From Octopus sinensis (lineage: Eukaryota), in the NCBI RefSeq assembly GCF_006345805.1, contig NC_043007.1, positions 71,424,001 to 71,488,000 of the forward strand: 64,000 bases of DNA, given 5' to 3'. Made by a program: the position numbers and the translations under genes. Below, piece by piece: positions 1 through 13,299 of the stretch (position 1 is the stretch's first letter; each line of letters starts with the position of its first letter). Under the pieces are notes generated by a model. It saw only the letters and a list, made by a program, of their open reading frames with translations. It did not search any database and had not been told where the DNA came from.

Positions 1-306
1 GTGTGTGTTCGATATATAAATATGTATATATAATGTATATATACAAAGTGTATATATCTGTATTTATGTATATTAAACTTTTTAATACTTTTTGATAGTT
101 ATATATATTTTTAAACAAATTATAAATATAATTTAATAATTTTTATTTTAAATTTAAATAATTAAAATTTTTCAATTTTATATATTTTCTATATTATATT
201 TTTATGTTTTTTTGTTTTTTTTTTGCCTATTAGTGGTTTTATCTCTAATTTAATTTATACATATATATATAATTTGTATATATAATGCGTGCACACACAC
301 ACACAC

Positions 307-415
<109 letters not shown>

Positions 416-477
416 ATATATATATAATGTGTGCATTATGTGGTCGGTCAGTTCACCTGAAAATATGCACACCTATG

Positions 478-1452
478 AACCCTTTCGTTACTATATTTCT
501 GACCAAAATACACCCCTTATGTGTTTCAATTAATTTCTAACATAATCATAAAGTTAGTCTGGTTTCATTAAACAACTATAACTTTTTTATTTATCAATAT
601 ATTAGCGTGAATTTTGGAAGATAATTGAATGAAATGTTCTCAACCAATTCTATACTATAATTTTTGTCACAAAGTGACTCTAATTGCAGGTAGATACAGG
701 TAAATTCAACAAAATATAAAATTATTAAAATTTTGTTCAAACATCGCTATAGAAAATGGGTTATTAGCTAATATTCAATTGGGTATACAACAAAATTTTA
801 CAAGAGAATTTGTTATTCTGGGTAACTTTCTGATACCCATAATAATATTTTTGGCAAAATAGTCTTAATTTCATTTAAGGTTGTTGGAAACCACTAACTA
901 TCCTTTCTTTCGCTTTGTTTACATTTAGCGTAACGGTTCGTTTCCGCCGTAATGATTTCTAATAGGCTCATTCGAAAAAGTAAAAAGAAATAGTCTAAGG
1001 CTTTACTCTCCTGGGAAAGTCTGTGGCTTGGTCCAGTTTCTTCAGAAAAATCACCGAAAGAAACAGTTTTTAAATTTTCCCTCCATTCAGGTGCCAATTC
1101 ATTTTCTTTATCGCTGTCGGAGCTCTTGGATTCACTGTTTTCACTTTCGGAAAATGAAACATCAGATTCATTATCAAATACCACGTGCTTTTTTTTTCAG
1201 TCATAGAGTTAGATTTATCAAGGTCTTCAGTAGAAAATCCTTCGAATTCTGACTCGCTGCTTGATATGAGGAAATTCGTATCCATTTTTTGTCAGAATTA
1301 CAAAGTTTGAAAACACAATAGGAACAAATTTTGGAAAAAAATCTCCCAAAATTCACGGAATTAAAATTACACTTCGATCGTTGTACAAAACTGTAGATGA
1401 ACTGTTTACGAAGTATATTCACGTGTTTTCACGAATGTAATAAAGAGATTTG
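478..1452 (-). mobile_element. piggyBac-like DNA transposon relic
   Basis: ORF 894-1184 has an acidic Ser-rich N-terminus plus GP...ALDYFFLLF..SLLEIITAETNRYA, typical of PGBD4-like transposases. Left end AACCCTTTCGTTAC; right end degenerate. Confidence 0.65.
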
Positions 1453-1509
1453 AACAGAAAGTAACAACCACACTCTTACCCGCGCGTAGAGCGGGTCACC
1501 TTCAGCTAG
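1453..1509 (+). mobile_element. Helitron 3' terminus
   Basis: Hairpin ACCCGC-GCGTAGA-GCGGGT followed by CTAG|T; same family as the end at 3451-3507. Confidence 0.7.
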
Positions 1510-1647
1510 TATATATATATATATTTAAATAGGTGAATGAATTATCCTATGTTTATCATCAGCATGGTAGAGGAATTTTGTTAACATCTTCGTTCGACTC
1601 CATTCTTTCATTTATATATACATATATATCGAACGTATGTATACATG

Positions 1648-1679
<32 letters not shown>

Positions 1680-2574
1680 ATACATGTGTGTGTGTGAGTG
1701 TGTGTGTGTGCTATGGGTAACCGCGCGCCATTAGCCACACGTGTGTTTGTATATGTATTTACGTGCGAATACGTGTTTACATGTTCTGTGTGTTCATGCA
1801 TGTGTGTGTGTGTGTGTGTGTTTGTGTTAGTATGTGTGTGTGTGTGTGTGTGTGTGTGTCTGTCTGTCTGTTTATATCTACGTGTATTTCTGTTGGCGTG
1901 TAGGTGTATGTTCTATGAAGTAGGTGGGTAGACCGGTTGTACTAGCGCCTTGTATATCCGCAGAGAGAACATCACCATTTTATCCTTACTAAATTGGACG
2001 ACAAGATTGTGGCAGTCAGTAAAATCTCTCCTCACTTCTGTTAGTTTTTCCACTTAATGATGACCATTGTTTTTCTTTACTTTCGTTCCTCTTTGTTCCC
2101 TTTTCTCTCTTTTTCTTCCTACTCTTCAAATCTAAACGACACACTATTGCATATTCTTGGGTCTAACCCTATGCTTATCGCTTATCTGTTCTCTAGGCAT
2201 ACAGCTGGATATTTTTTAATTTTTTTTTTTATTTTCTACTACTGGCTTCATTTTCTATTTCCAATTACTACTGTAGTGGATTTAACATGGGAACTCTGAG
2301 TGGCAGTGCAACATTCAAAAGTCTGCAAACATTACAAATGCAGTACATCAGTAAAATAAAAGAGGATAATTCTGAAATTTGAAATATGGTATTCTTTAAT
2401 GTAACAATTAAGATTCAAATTATGTATGTTTTCATTTTCCATTTGTATTTTCAATTAAATATAAAAAAAAAAAAAATTGCTCTCATCTGCAAATGCAAGC
2501 AATTATGAAATATCTATTGATTAAATTGTAGATTATTGGATATATTAATTATTCATGAAATCATTAGTTAAACA

Positions 2575-3507
2575 TCAACATCTATAAAGCTGAAAAGCGA
2601 AAAGTTTGTTTGTCTCATTTTGCGATTGGAACGGGTTAAGGGGTACTAGATGGGATCGGATTGGCTCCAAAATTTACAGGGACATGTAAAAAGAGGCGAG
2701 GAAGTGAGTGGACTAGTGCTAGAAACCCCTATCTCAAAAGCTGTGGTTTCTAGGGCAACAAAACCCACATTTTGACAAGTGTTTGTGCTTTTTCCCTTTC
2801 GTATATCACCCTCTCTTCCTCCGTCTCTCTCTTTCCTACCTCCCCTCCAATTACTCTCTATAACGACGTTTGACAGCTTCGCCGTCGCTGTTATTCTTTC
2901 TATCACCACCTCTCTTACTGTATGTCTGTCTGTATTTATAGAGAGAAAGTTTTGACAACCGCAAAAGTTTAAATATTCCCGCCACAGGCCTTTCAGAACG
3001 GTGAATGATTACGTTGATACTAATTGGATTTCTATATGAAAAGGGGTCTAAATGGGACTGGAAGGGGATTAAAATTCACAGGAGGGTGTGTTTAGGAATT
3101 CTCTGTTACATCAAGATAAAAAATTTAGTTTCCAATATTTTTTCATTTTTGTTCAGCTCGCAAGTTCGCCTGTCCCTTCTAAATTTTAGTGTTTTGCTGT
3201 CTGCCTTGAAGCAGGCCTTTCGTTGTCGCTGCCTGATATTTGTGATTGATCTTACAAAATACTTCTTTCTCAACTCACTCAAGATGTTTTGTTCTTTATA
3301 AATGGGAGATAGATAGATAGAGAAAGATAGAGAGTAAGAGAAAGCGAGGGAGAGTCCGAGAGAAAGGAAGAGTAAGAGAGTGGGAAAGTGAGAGAGAAAG
3401 GAGAGAGAAACAAAGAGGGAGAATGTGCTGATAAGATATAGAAAGGAAGCAACACAAAGTAACAACCACACACTCACCCGCGCGTAGAGCGTGTCACCTT
3501 AAGCTAG
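2575..3507 (+). mobile_element. Non-autonomous Helitron inserted in the 3'UTR of M4 copy 1
   Basis: 5' TC (TCAACATCTATAAAG), 3' GC hairpin + CTAG, inserted between A and T with no TSD. Removing it restores similarity to the 3'UTRs of copies 2 and 3. Confidence 0.8.
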
Positions 3508-3520
3508 TCTGATTATATAT

Positions 3521-5442
3521 TTAATGCCCATAATCTTCATTACAAATCATCATTTGAACTATATAACTCATATATGACTCTCCAACATAATCTGGATCAC
3601 AGCCATAAGTAACACGTATACTAACATCCTGTAAATTTTCAGTAGATTCTGGAGATAATTTGACAAAGAACTTATGTCCTTCAGGCTTCCCCAAATTCAA
3701 TTCTGATGTGCCTTCAGCTAATAATGTAACTAGATCTGAACCATCTGAACCTTCTTCCTCTGTTATCATATTGCTCTTTGATACCTTAATATGAACTTTG
3801 CCACACATACTAGTGGCAGTAATTGTAATATTCCCAGCCCAGCTTGGATAAACAAAATCAAAGACTGGGTTTGTTTTAACTGACACTGTGATACCTGAGA
3901 CTGTTTTGTTAAATGGCAATCCTCGAATATGTTTCTCTACATCACATGGTTTAATTCCCACAAGTTCATAGGCTTTAATAAAGGGGGTTAGATCTTTCCC
4001 AAGATCATAGGCAACCTTCAAAGTATCACAAGCCCCTGAAGTGAAATCTGTATGAGGATGCCAATATATTTCATTGGCAATAAGGAAAACTCGATAAGCT
4101 TCCTTGATATCCATTTTTAATTCGTGTACAATGTAGTAAAAAATAAAATTATAAATCCCACTTCCATGATGAGGATCCGTGTTTTCAGTGAAGTTATCTA
4201 CATGACTTATAGATATATTGTCCAGGGATGGGTCTGCCATAAATCTCAATGCTTCCTCATCTTTCATGATGTTGAAGCCAATTAACCAGTCATTCCCACT
4301 TGCATAAGCTTCAGTGACCTCTCCAGTCATATCAGAAAAAGCCTCATTCATAGATCCAGACTGATTAAAGTAAAGCAATCCAGAGTGTTGTTCTGTGAAG
4401 CCATGGGCAAGTTCATGCCCGATAATATCAGCATCTGTTAAAGGATAAAAGTATTTATAGCCATCACCAAATGTGCAATATGTCCCATCCCAAAATGCGT
4501 TTTCAAAATCTTCTCCAAAGTGAACACGCAATATAGCTTGTTCGTTTAGTATTGAAGTATTATACCATTCCTGAAACATTTGAGATACTACACTGCCGTA
4601 ATAGAAAGCATCAAGTGCTGGAGATGACGCTGCATTGACACTATCATTAAAACCAACGTCACAAAGATAATACATAGGATCTGTATTATTAGAGTCTGCC
4701 TCAAAACTGTTTTGCATGTCTATAACCTTTACATAATTGTTTTCAAGGAAACACATGTCACCAATTTGAGTTACAAAAGCTTTGTGATTTTTCTCACTAA
4801 ATTTGTATATTCCTGATTTTTCATTACCGCCGGAACCAGTCAGTACTCTGGAAATTGTATCTAAATTGTTATATTTCAACAGTATTTCTCCAGTGTTACC
4901 ATCAATGACAAATGTAGGCCGTTTAATAACTATTTCATTTTCTATTCGATAATTAATATTGTATACTAATCGAGGTTTGTCATTTTCATCCATGAAAATC
5001 ATAATTTCATATTCTGGTTCGATACTATTTGCGTAAATCTCATCTCCCTCTGCTTTAAAAGCAATATCAAAGACATCTGATTTGGAAAGCTTTGGTTTTA
5101 CATTTGTAATATCATCTTCAATTCCTTGAATAAATGTTCCTGTTGCATCACCAGTCAAATGTCCATCTTTATCTTCTGTAACAGTTAATGAAGCATCAAA
5201 AACAGGAACACCTAAGAACTTCTCTTGTAAGCGTAAAACTTCTGTGCCTTCAACTGTTTTGATACGGTTTGACTCTTCAACTTCTTCATACTCCTTCAAA
5301 CCAAGAAGATCTCTGACTGTTACTTCAGCTTTATCTAAATGACGCCGCTGAAACGGAGCTGAGGGATGATAAATCATCCTCCTTGCTCTTTCATGGGCAT
5401 CAACGCGATAAGCTGCGTCAGATGTCTTTATCAGTAACAAAC
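3521..5442 (-). CDS. M4 (thermolysin/pseudolysin-like) zinc metalloprotease, copy 1, exon 2 (prodomain, catalytic domain, C-terminal extension)
   Basis: 639-aa open frame with HELAH (HExxH), GSMNEAFSD (third Zn ligand), NAFWDG, FGDG..FYPL, DPHHGSG and a PepSY-like FVIDGNTGEIL. It starts at a splice acceptor (minus strand tttttag|GT, AG at 5444-5443), not at a real ATG. Confidence 0.95.
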
Positions 5443-6657
5443 CTAAAAAAATGAAAGCATTAAAATCATTAATAACAGCAACATCAGGATTTTTTTAAAA
5501 GAAGACTAATTTTTTAACAATACATACAAACATAGTGACTGAACAACAGAAATAGGTCTGTATCTATTTAAAAAAGAATTAAATTAGCAATTCAAATTAA
5601 TAGAAATATGAGCTTATAATTTCAAATATATTGTCCAATAAAAAAAATTACATCAGTCAAACCTATTTTAGTGCGAATAATTTCATCCAAAGAGAAATTC
5701 AGTTTGTTCATGCAGTTAATTTAATATTTGATGAAATAGGGAGGTGATTTGTTACAAGGAGTGATTAGTTTTAAGTGAATGGAAGCGAGTGTCCTTTTAG
5801 TAAAACAACAATCAGTATCTGGAAACTACAAGTTAACTAAGGTCTGCACATCGGTTATGTAATATTTCAACAGAACATAAAAGTGAACAATTCCAAACAC
5901 ATTACAAATATTTTCTATAAAGATTCTATTGTAACTCATTTACATGTGTACACCACTGCATGAATTATAAATGGCATTTGATGCATAAATTGAGTTAAGT
6001 ATTACATTCTGTTCCCCAGAAATTCACTTCCCGAGCCATTGATCTCAACAAAGGTATGTAAGATTTATGTCAGTAAATCCATTATTCCTAGCAATGACAT
6101 CTTTCTCTTAGATTTCTAAAGTCATTCTTCCCTGTATCCACAGGTAAGTTAAATTACTGTGACACCTTTTTCTGCGACGAATTTGTAAGTTCAGCTACCA
6201 GCCCAGGCCCACTAATCGTCAGAGTATCAAAAATCAGACGACAGAATGATAAACAATTGTATTGTGAACGTCATTACTGTACAACTGTTTCTGCAGTAAG
6301 ATGATGTAGACTCATAGTTGAGTTCCTGCGAAACAAACAACTTATAGCTTCATCAGAGCCTGAAATATGAAGTGAAATTTATTTGGGAAGAAACATCTAC
6401 ATTTATGCATATACACCCAAAAGCATTATCAGTGAGAAGACAAACACATGTGTGAAGGGAATGAAATTCAAGGCCCCACTCCCTTGAAATAACATTAATG
6501 TTAAGGCTTTATAAGGAAAGGTACACTTAGATGCAAAGAAACTGTAATTAGATCTATCAGTGAAAATATATGTATACATTATCACATGAAAAGTATACCC
6601 ACACACCCAGATCTATATACATATACATACAAATATATGGATACAAATATTCATACA

Positions 6658-7852
6658 TTGGGTTGGTAAAAAAGTTCGTCGCGTTCTTCAATAGGTGATA
6701 TGTTTTATCACGTGACAGAAAATGACGAGTATATTTTCTAGAAAAGTGGATCTCAACGCATTTTGCTGTTTTAAATTTGTGCGGATTATTTACTTCTACT
6801 GTTCTTACGATAAAATTGAAAAAGAAAGAGCATGAAATTCATATTCCTCATTTAACGCTCTTTCGTTTCCGGGGAGGCAAAAACGCTGGACAAACAGCAA
6901 AGAAGATATGCGCTGTTTACGGAGATGGTGTTATATCTGAAACTACTCTCTGTAAGTCGTTCGCTAGGTTTAGAACTAAGAATTTTGACCTAGATGATTG
7001 TGAGCATTCTGGCAGGCCTGCAGTCGTTGATAATGAACAAATTGAGACTTTTATGAAAATACAATAACCTACGTTACACAGTACGAGACATCGCAGAGAT
7101 TATCCACGTATCTCATGCGAGCGTTATAAAATATTTAAAACACTTGGTTATATGAATTGCTACGATGTTTGGGTGCTTCAAAGCTTAACAGAAAAATATT
7201 TAATCGAGCGCATTTCCATCTACGGTTCTCTAATCTGAGGAAACAAAATTGATACATTTTGGAAAAGAGTGGTCACGTGTGATGAGAAATGGATTATTTA
7301 CAACAACATAAAACGAAAGAAGTCCTGGTGAAAACGAGATGAACCACCTTCAATTTCTCCAAAACTGGTCTGTATTTGAAGAAGGTGATGCTCTGTATCT
7401 GGTGGGATTGGAAGGGTACTGTGTATTATAAGCTACTTCCACAAAATCAGACGTTAAATTCAGACTATTATTGTTTCCAATTAGACTGTTTAAAGGTGGC
7501 AATTGATGAAAAACGTCCAGAATTGGCCAACCAAAAGGGACAACGCTAGACCACACGTTTCTTTGGAGACCAGGCAGAAATTGGTGCAGTTTGGGTTGGA
7601 TGTCCTGCCCTACACATCGTACTCACCTGACCTTGCACCTTCGGATTATCATTTATAATAGCCACTTAGATCAGTCATTGACCCAGGAAAATGCTAAGCT
7701 CTAGGAGGATGGGATCATGATGCTGCCTCAAAGATGACGAAAAGTAGTGGAACAAATTGGCAAGTATGTGGTTGAATAAAGGTGTGTACAAATATCTAAG
7801 TATTGTTAATGAATGTTACATAAAAACCGGCTCAAATTTTTTCCCGACCCAG
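6658..7852 (+). mobile_element. Degenerate mariner transposon in intron 1 of copy 1
   Basis: HTH region (..ICAVYGDG..SGRP), TCDEKWI, KVMLCIWWD and YSPDLAPSDY motifs broken by stops and frameshifts; imperfect TIRs. Confidence 0.9.
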
Positions 7853-7913
7853 TACATATACGTATATATCTATCTCTTTCTCCTCTCTCCGCCCCTCTCT
7901 CTCTCTCTCTGTA

Positions 7914-7946
<33 letters not shown>

Positions 7947-7958
7947 CACACACACACA

Positions 7959-8028
<70 letters not shown>

Positions 8029-10166
8029 CAAGAGTTATGGAATGGAGTAGGAAAAATCCCAGCTTCATATGTTTCATAGCCAGTGGAATTTCAGAAATGG
8101 TAAAATCCAAGTGAGGCGTATACCGCGGGCTACTCTTCAGGCCAAGTATATCTTGATTAGATTCAAGGTTATATTGTTGCAAGGAGGTACCATTTGACAC
8201 AAAGAAGATTCAATCAGAATGTGTAGAGAGTACAGTATGAGAGAGGTATATAAATGTAGGGAGAAGGGAAGAATGAAGAAAAAATAGGAGAGAGAGTGAA
8301 ATGAAGAAGGAATTCGGTGCGGTAAGTTGACTGGTAGTAGATAGTTTAGAGCTATTTGATGTCTACTTCTAGCGTGTTGATGTTTATCAGAACCATTTAC
8401 TATAATTGTATCTGTATAATTATATATCAGTATTAATTGTCCCTATATGGTTTTTATTATACACTGGCCACTTGATAAAATTTGAATTTATATTTTTATA
8501 CACTGGCCACTTGATAAAATTTGAATTTATATTTTTTTCGGGTATATTATACTGAAGACGGCATACGGATTTTATATCTCTTAGCTATGTGTGTGTATAT
8601 GTTTGCGTGTCTGTGTTTGTCCCCCAGCATCCAAGGCTCCTTCATTGGAACTTCAACATAAACAGAGTATTTTTGTATGTATGTATGTATGTATGTATGT
8701 ATGTATGTTTGTATGTACGCGTACGTGCAGATTTGTATTTTTTGCTTTACGTATGCCTTCTCATGCATATATTTACATATCTAGATATGGTCTTTTTTCA
8801 ATCATAAACTTCTAAAAAATTTTACAGATTTTTACAGTTCCAGTGATGATGTATGTATGTATGTATGTATGTATGTATGTATGTATGCATATATGTATAT
8901 AAGTTTGTATGCATGTATATATATTATTATAAAAAATATACCTCCAATTCTGCATCACTCCAGTTCACAAAACATTTAGAAATTATGACATTTTGAAACC
9001 ATTTAAGTAAATAGAAATATATCTATTAAGAATTTCAAGCATATTTTGAGTTTATCTTTTCTTTATATTTCTTTTCACATGAAAAAAAACCTTAGTTCTA
9101 TGTTCACATTTACCATCCAAAGAAGAAAAACGTCAGCAAAGTCTGACTCATGTGGGAAGACAAAAACACAGATATCCTATAAGAACCAAAAGAGATCTCT
9201 AAAATTTTGATCTTAACTAAAACAAATTGACGATATATGGAACCATACCAAAAAAATCAACAAGTGAATTTGCAGATTTCACCGAGCTTTTCACCGAGCT
9301 TTTCACCGAGCTAATCAAACTTTAAAGCAGTTGTGCGAAATTATAGAGACAGTAATACAACGCAGTCTAGAACAAAACTCAGAACACAAGCGAGAAAGCA
9401 ACAATATTTATCAGCAACAAGTGTATTCAGTCAAATACAGCTGAAATCATATTTGATTCCAAATATTCAAAATTAGCAAGGTGTCGTTTGGAACATGTTT
9501 AAAATAATGGCAAAGCTAAAATATATGAAAAGTGGATTTATTCAACGCCAATTTTGTAAAATATGATCTTGTCACAAACAAGTTTTGTGGTCTGTTTTTT
9601 GTAAGGTACTTCAATGAAAGAAAAAAGAGGGCGCTACACATTCAAATGATGTTCATTGGCAGCAAAGTTCATGCTTGACTTGCCATTATTGAACTTCTAA
9701 GTTGTAGAGTGATATCTCTGTATCGTACTAAAGCCTGCAATGAATTTCAGCCCCTAACACATCTTCAGACCAGAAAAAATAGGTCACAGATCTCTATTCT
9801 TCCTTGGTGAACACTTTTAGTTGAGCAGCCATGTTTACTCTGTAACACAAGAAAGAAAACTGGAGCAATCAAAGTAAGTTTGGATACATAAACACAAGAG
9901 GGCCAACTTTTGGCACACGTCTGGAAGGCAGTGCGACCAAAATAAAGCGAACGAGCGTGTGTTTGAGTGTATGTGACGGTGATAGCAACTTTAGCCTTCA
10001 TTTTTTCCCATTGTCTATCATATAAGTATTGAAATAATATCCATAAGTAAAACCTAAGTTCTATAAAATGTTTCATGTAGAAAACAAGTAATTTGTCATA
10101 ATCAGAAAATATAAAGATAAAATACATGTAAATTCAATAATAAAAAATTCTTGAAAATATACTTAC

Positions 10167-10215
10167 TGCCAAATAGGAGATGCCAGGAATAAAATAAAAC
10201 CATCAAATGACTCAT
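10167..10215 (-). CDS. M4 protease copy 1, exon 1 (signal peptide MSHLMVLFYSWHLLFG-)
   Basis: ATG at 10215; 49 nt followed by donor GTAAGT (10166-10161). Phase 1 matches the exon 2 acceptor (A|GT = Ser), giving hydrophobic MSHLMVLFYSWHLLFGSLLLIKTSDA and a 656-aa precursor. Paralogous exons occur at 19.8 and 49.3 kb. Confidence 0.85.
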
Positions 10216-10290
10216 GATTGTGTAATATTCACAAGTCCTCTGCTCTTTTCAAAAACCAGCTCAAGATGTATCTCAGTCATTGCTGACTCT

Positions 10291-10300
10291 TATTTATATA
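10291..10300 (-). promoter_or_regulatory. TATA box of M4 copy 1
   Basis: Minus strand TATATAAATA about 76 nt upstream of the ATG; present at the equivalent position in copy 2. Confidence 0.65.
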
Positions 10301-11099
10301 GTCAGTCTAATCATTACGTGGGCCGCCCACCCCCTCAGTATCCACATCAATTCAGTCTACTGCTTACCAACACTTGAAGAGAAGAAATTTTTGTATTAAC
10401 ATACTGAATAATTGTTATCATTATAAGTAATTCACAACGAGTTATTGCAGTCACTGTTATTTGTAAATTACTACCTGACATTTAAGGTGAATTATCGAGG
10501 TATTTGCTTATTTATTTATTCTTTCTCGTTAATATGAATTGCTTTAGCTACAGAATCCATTCAATAAAAATTAGAAGTAATCTTAATTGGTTACATTCCA
10601 GGAAATTAAACAGTAAATCAGTAATAATCACTACAGATTAAAATTGATAATACAATAATTTATTCCCTCCACCAGTCTGTAATATTTTAGTTTCTGAAAT
10701 AAATTTTCATCCATTCTTTTCATAAAAGTCTCTCCAATCTCATAAATGTCTTGAAAAGTTTTCAAAAAATACTATAACTGAACCATCATAACTCTCAAAA
10801 CATGTATTTTGTCTTAGTTTAAGGGGGTTTAAACCCCAACTTTAACATGGTTTCTATATTTAAAGTTAAGGATCCAGAAGATTAAAATTAATGGAGACAT
10901 CTATGCATCATTTACTTCTCTGTAGAAAGTGAGAACATTGTATAGCATTTGGATTATCTATAGATCTCTATATATTTTCAAATTTTATATATTGACATTT
11001 ATTATTTGATTTAATTCTTAAAATTTTTATAGATTAAAATTTTATCATTTCATTTTATTTTTATTTTCGATTTAAATTCATCTGAACGCTCGGCATCGG

Positions 11100-12030
11100 T
11101 GCAATTTGGTAGCTCGTCTGTAGTGGAATCTTCCATTAAATATTATTTGCTTTTGCAAAACTTCTCGCCCTGTCCTCTATTTAAGCTTCTTGATGTCATA
11201 GAATAATCATCGCCTGATGAACGTACTTTTCATCTACATCAAACTAGTAGTAGCGCGTGTTATACGTGTGGAATGAAACGCATACATTAATAGTAGACTC
11301 TCATTAGATGGAGTACTCTTCTTGTTCACCTTTTTACGCAAATCAATTTACTATTCACCTCCTTACGCTGGATTTCGATTGCATATTCATATATGATATG
11401 ATTGGCATGATTGCTTTATAAAAGAGTCACTTTAAAAGGATTCAACTAAGTTTCGCACGAATATGAATTCATACCACATTGTCTATTCAACCAAGAATAT
11501 ACCTATACCATCAAAACATCTACATCTTTTAATACTGCTTGTGAAAGTGGAGGACCTCGTGAGGAGAATGCGGTGGAAAGCAATATTTTTCGATGCTGGA
11601 ATACCTACATCATATAAAGAATATTATGATTTGAAAACAAAAAGATACTCTTCTTCTGTTAAAAATTTAGTTCCATTTGAGTCTTACCTCCTTAATTTAG
11701 TCACTAACATTAGATTTTGTATCATAATCCCTTCCAATCTAAAATGTTTTCGGACATCAAAAGTTTTTTGAAATCCTAATAAAAATTAGTATTTTCAGAT
11801 AAAACTAATAATTTGTGTGAAGTATCTAAAGAGATTTATAAGAGACTATTAATCGATACCATTACTGCCAAATATAATTTAAAAAATCAACGGTAAAAAA
11901 ATACTATGACATCAACAGGACGGTAAAATTCTTGCGAATCGTAGTAATACAGATGATAGATTACAGTGTTTAACGAAGAGAGAGGGTTTTATTTTGCTAA
12001 AAGATCACAAACCTAATCACCACCTGTACG
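11100..12030 (+). mobile_element. Penelope-like retroelement, 5' ORF fragment
   Basis: YSTKNIPIPS...RRMRWKA...DKTNN...LKDHKPN resembles the N-terminal region of Penelope-like RTs. Confidence 0.65.
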
Positions 12031-12243
12031 TGAAACTATTAGCAACGTGTGTAATACATGTGGAGTAAAATGCATACATTGATGCTCGAAATGAGGAGTC
12101 TATAGGCAGCCGCCAACTGATGAAGGGTCGCTCTCTCTACTTACTTGTCTTGTTCTCCATTTTTCTTTCGTTGTTTGTGTATTAACTTGTTTATCTTCGT
12201 ATTTCATGTTGTTTACACAGTTGGTGACGTCCTGTACCCATAT

Positions 12244-12257
12244 ATTAATATACATAC

Positions 12258-12292
<35 letters not shown>

Positions 12293-12922
12293 TGTATGTT
12301 TGTATGTAAGTATGTATGTATGTAGATATGTATGTAGATATGAATATGTATATATGTATGTATGTATGTAGATATGTATATATGTATGTATGTATGTAGA
12401 TATGTATATATATGTACGTATGTAGATATGTATATATATATATATGTATGTATGTAGATATGTATATATATATATGTATGTAGATATGTATATATATATA
12501 TGTATGTAGATATGCATATATATATGTACGTATGTAGATATGTATATATATGTATGTATGTAAATATGTATATATATATATGTAGATATGTATATATATA
12601 TATATGTATATGTATGTAGATATGTATGTATATATATAAATATATATGTATATGTATAGATGTATGTATATATATATGTGAATATGTGTATGGATACCCA
12701 TATATGTATATATATATATATTATATATATATATATATTTCTATAAGTATGTATGTATATATATGTATATATGTATATATGTATATATGTATATATATAT
12801 ATATATTATATATATATATATATATATGCTTGTATATATGTGTGTATACGTGTTTATATGTACATATATATGTATATATGTATATGTATATATATTTATG
12901 TATATATATACATATATATATA
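12244..12922. repeat. Compound (TATG)n/(TA)n microsatellite
   Basis: Directly visible; source of the spurious YI/HTYI ORFs. Confidence 0.95.
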
Positions 12923-12964
12923 TGAATAAATAAATGGAGTTTAACGCATGTGTAAATCAAATAG

Positions 12965-13059
12965 TTTTACTTTCGACACATGTTTCTAAAATTCCACTGA
13001 TAGTATTCAAAAGAATAGATGGTATAAACAATGCAATCTTCTCTTCAGGAAAGTGAAAA
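12965..13059 (-). ncRNA. Type I hammerhead ribozyme motif
   Basis: Minus strand: ttttcactttc-CUGAAGA-stem II-GAAAC-AUGU-GUC-gaaagtaaaa. Stem I pairs; stem II closing pair is mismatched. Lies 3' of a GIY-YIG fragment. Confidence 0.6.
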
Positions 13060-13299
13060 AAACGAAACTCGTCAATAAGACATTTTAGCAAAAAATGATG
13101 GATTTGTAGAGCGATGAACTGAACGCTATTAATATTGTTTAAAAGAACGTTTTATGATATAACGTCATAAGTAGCTTACAGAAAGAGTAGGGATATTAAT
13201 AGTGAATGTTAAATATAAAGGAAATTAAAGTTTAAATTATATATAATGATAGAGACTACTTATATGCACTAAAGGTGTGTTTTTGCCAATGTTTACATC

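Noticed and set aside
3521-5440. Bacterial contaminant contig
   Set aside because: Splice sites, separate signal exons, TATA boxes, host-like AT content, paralogous flanks and interleaved animal transposons.
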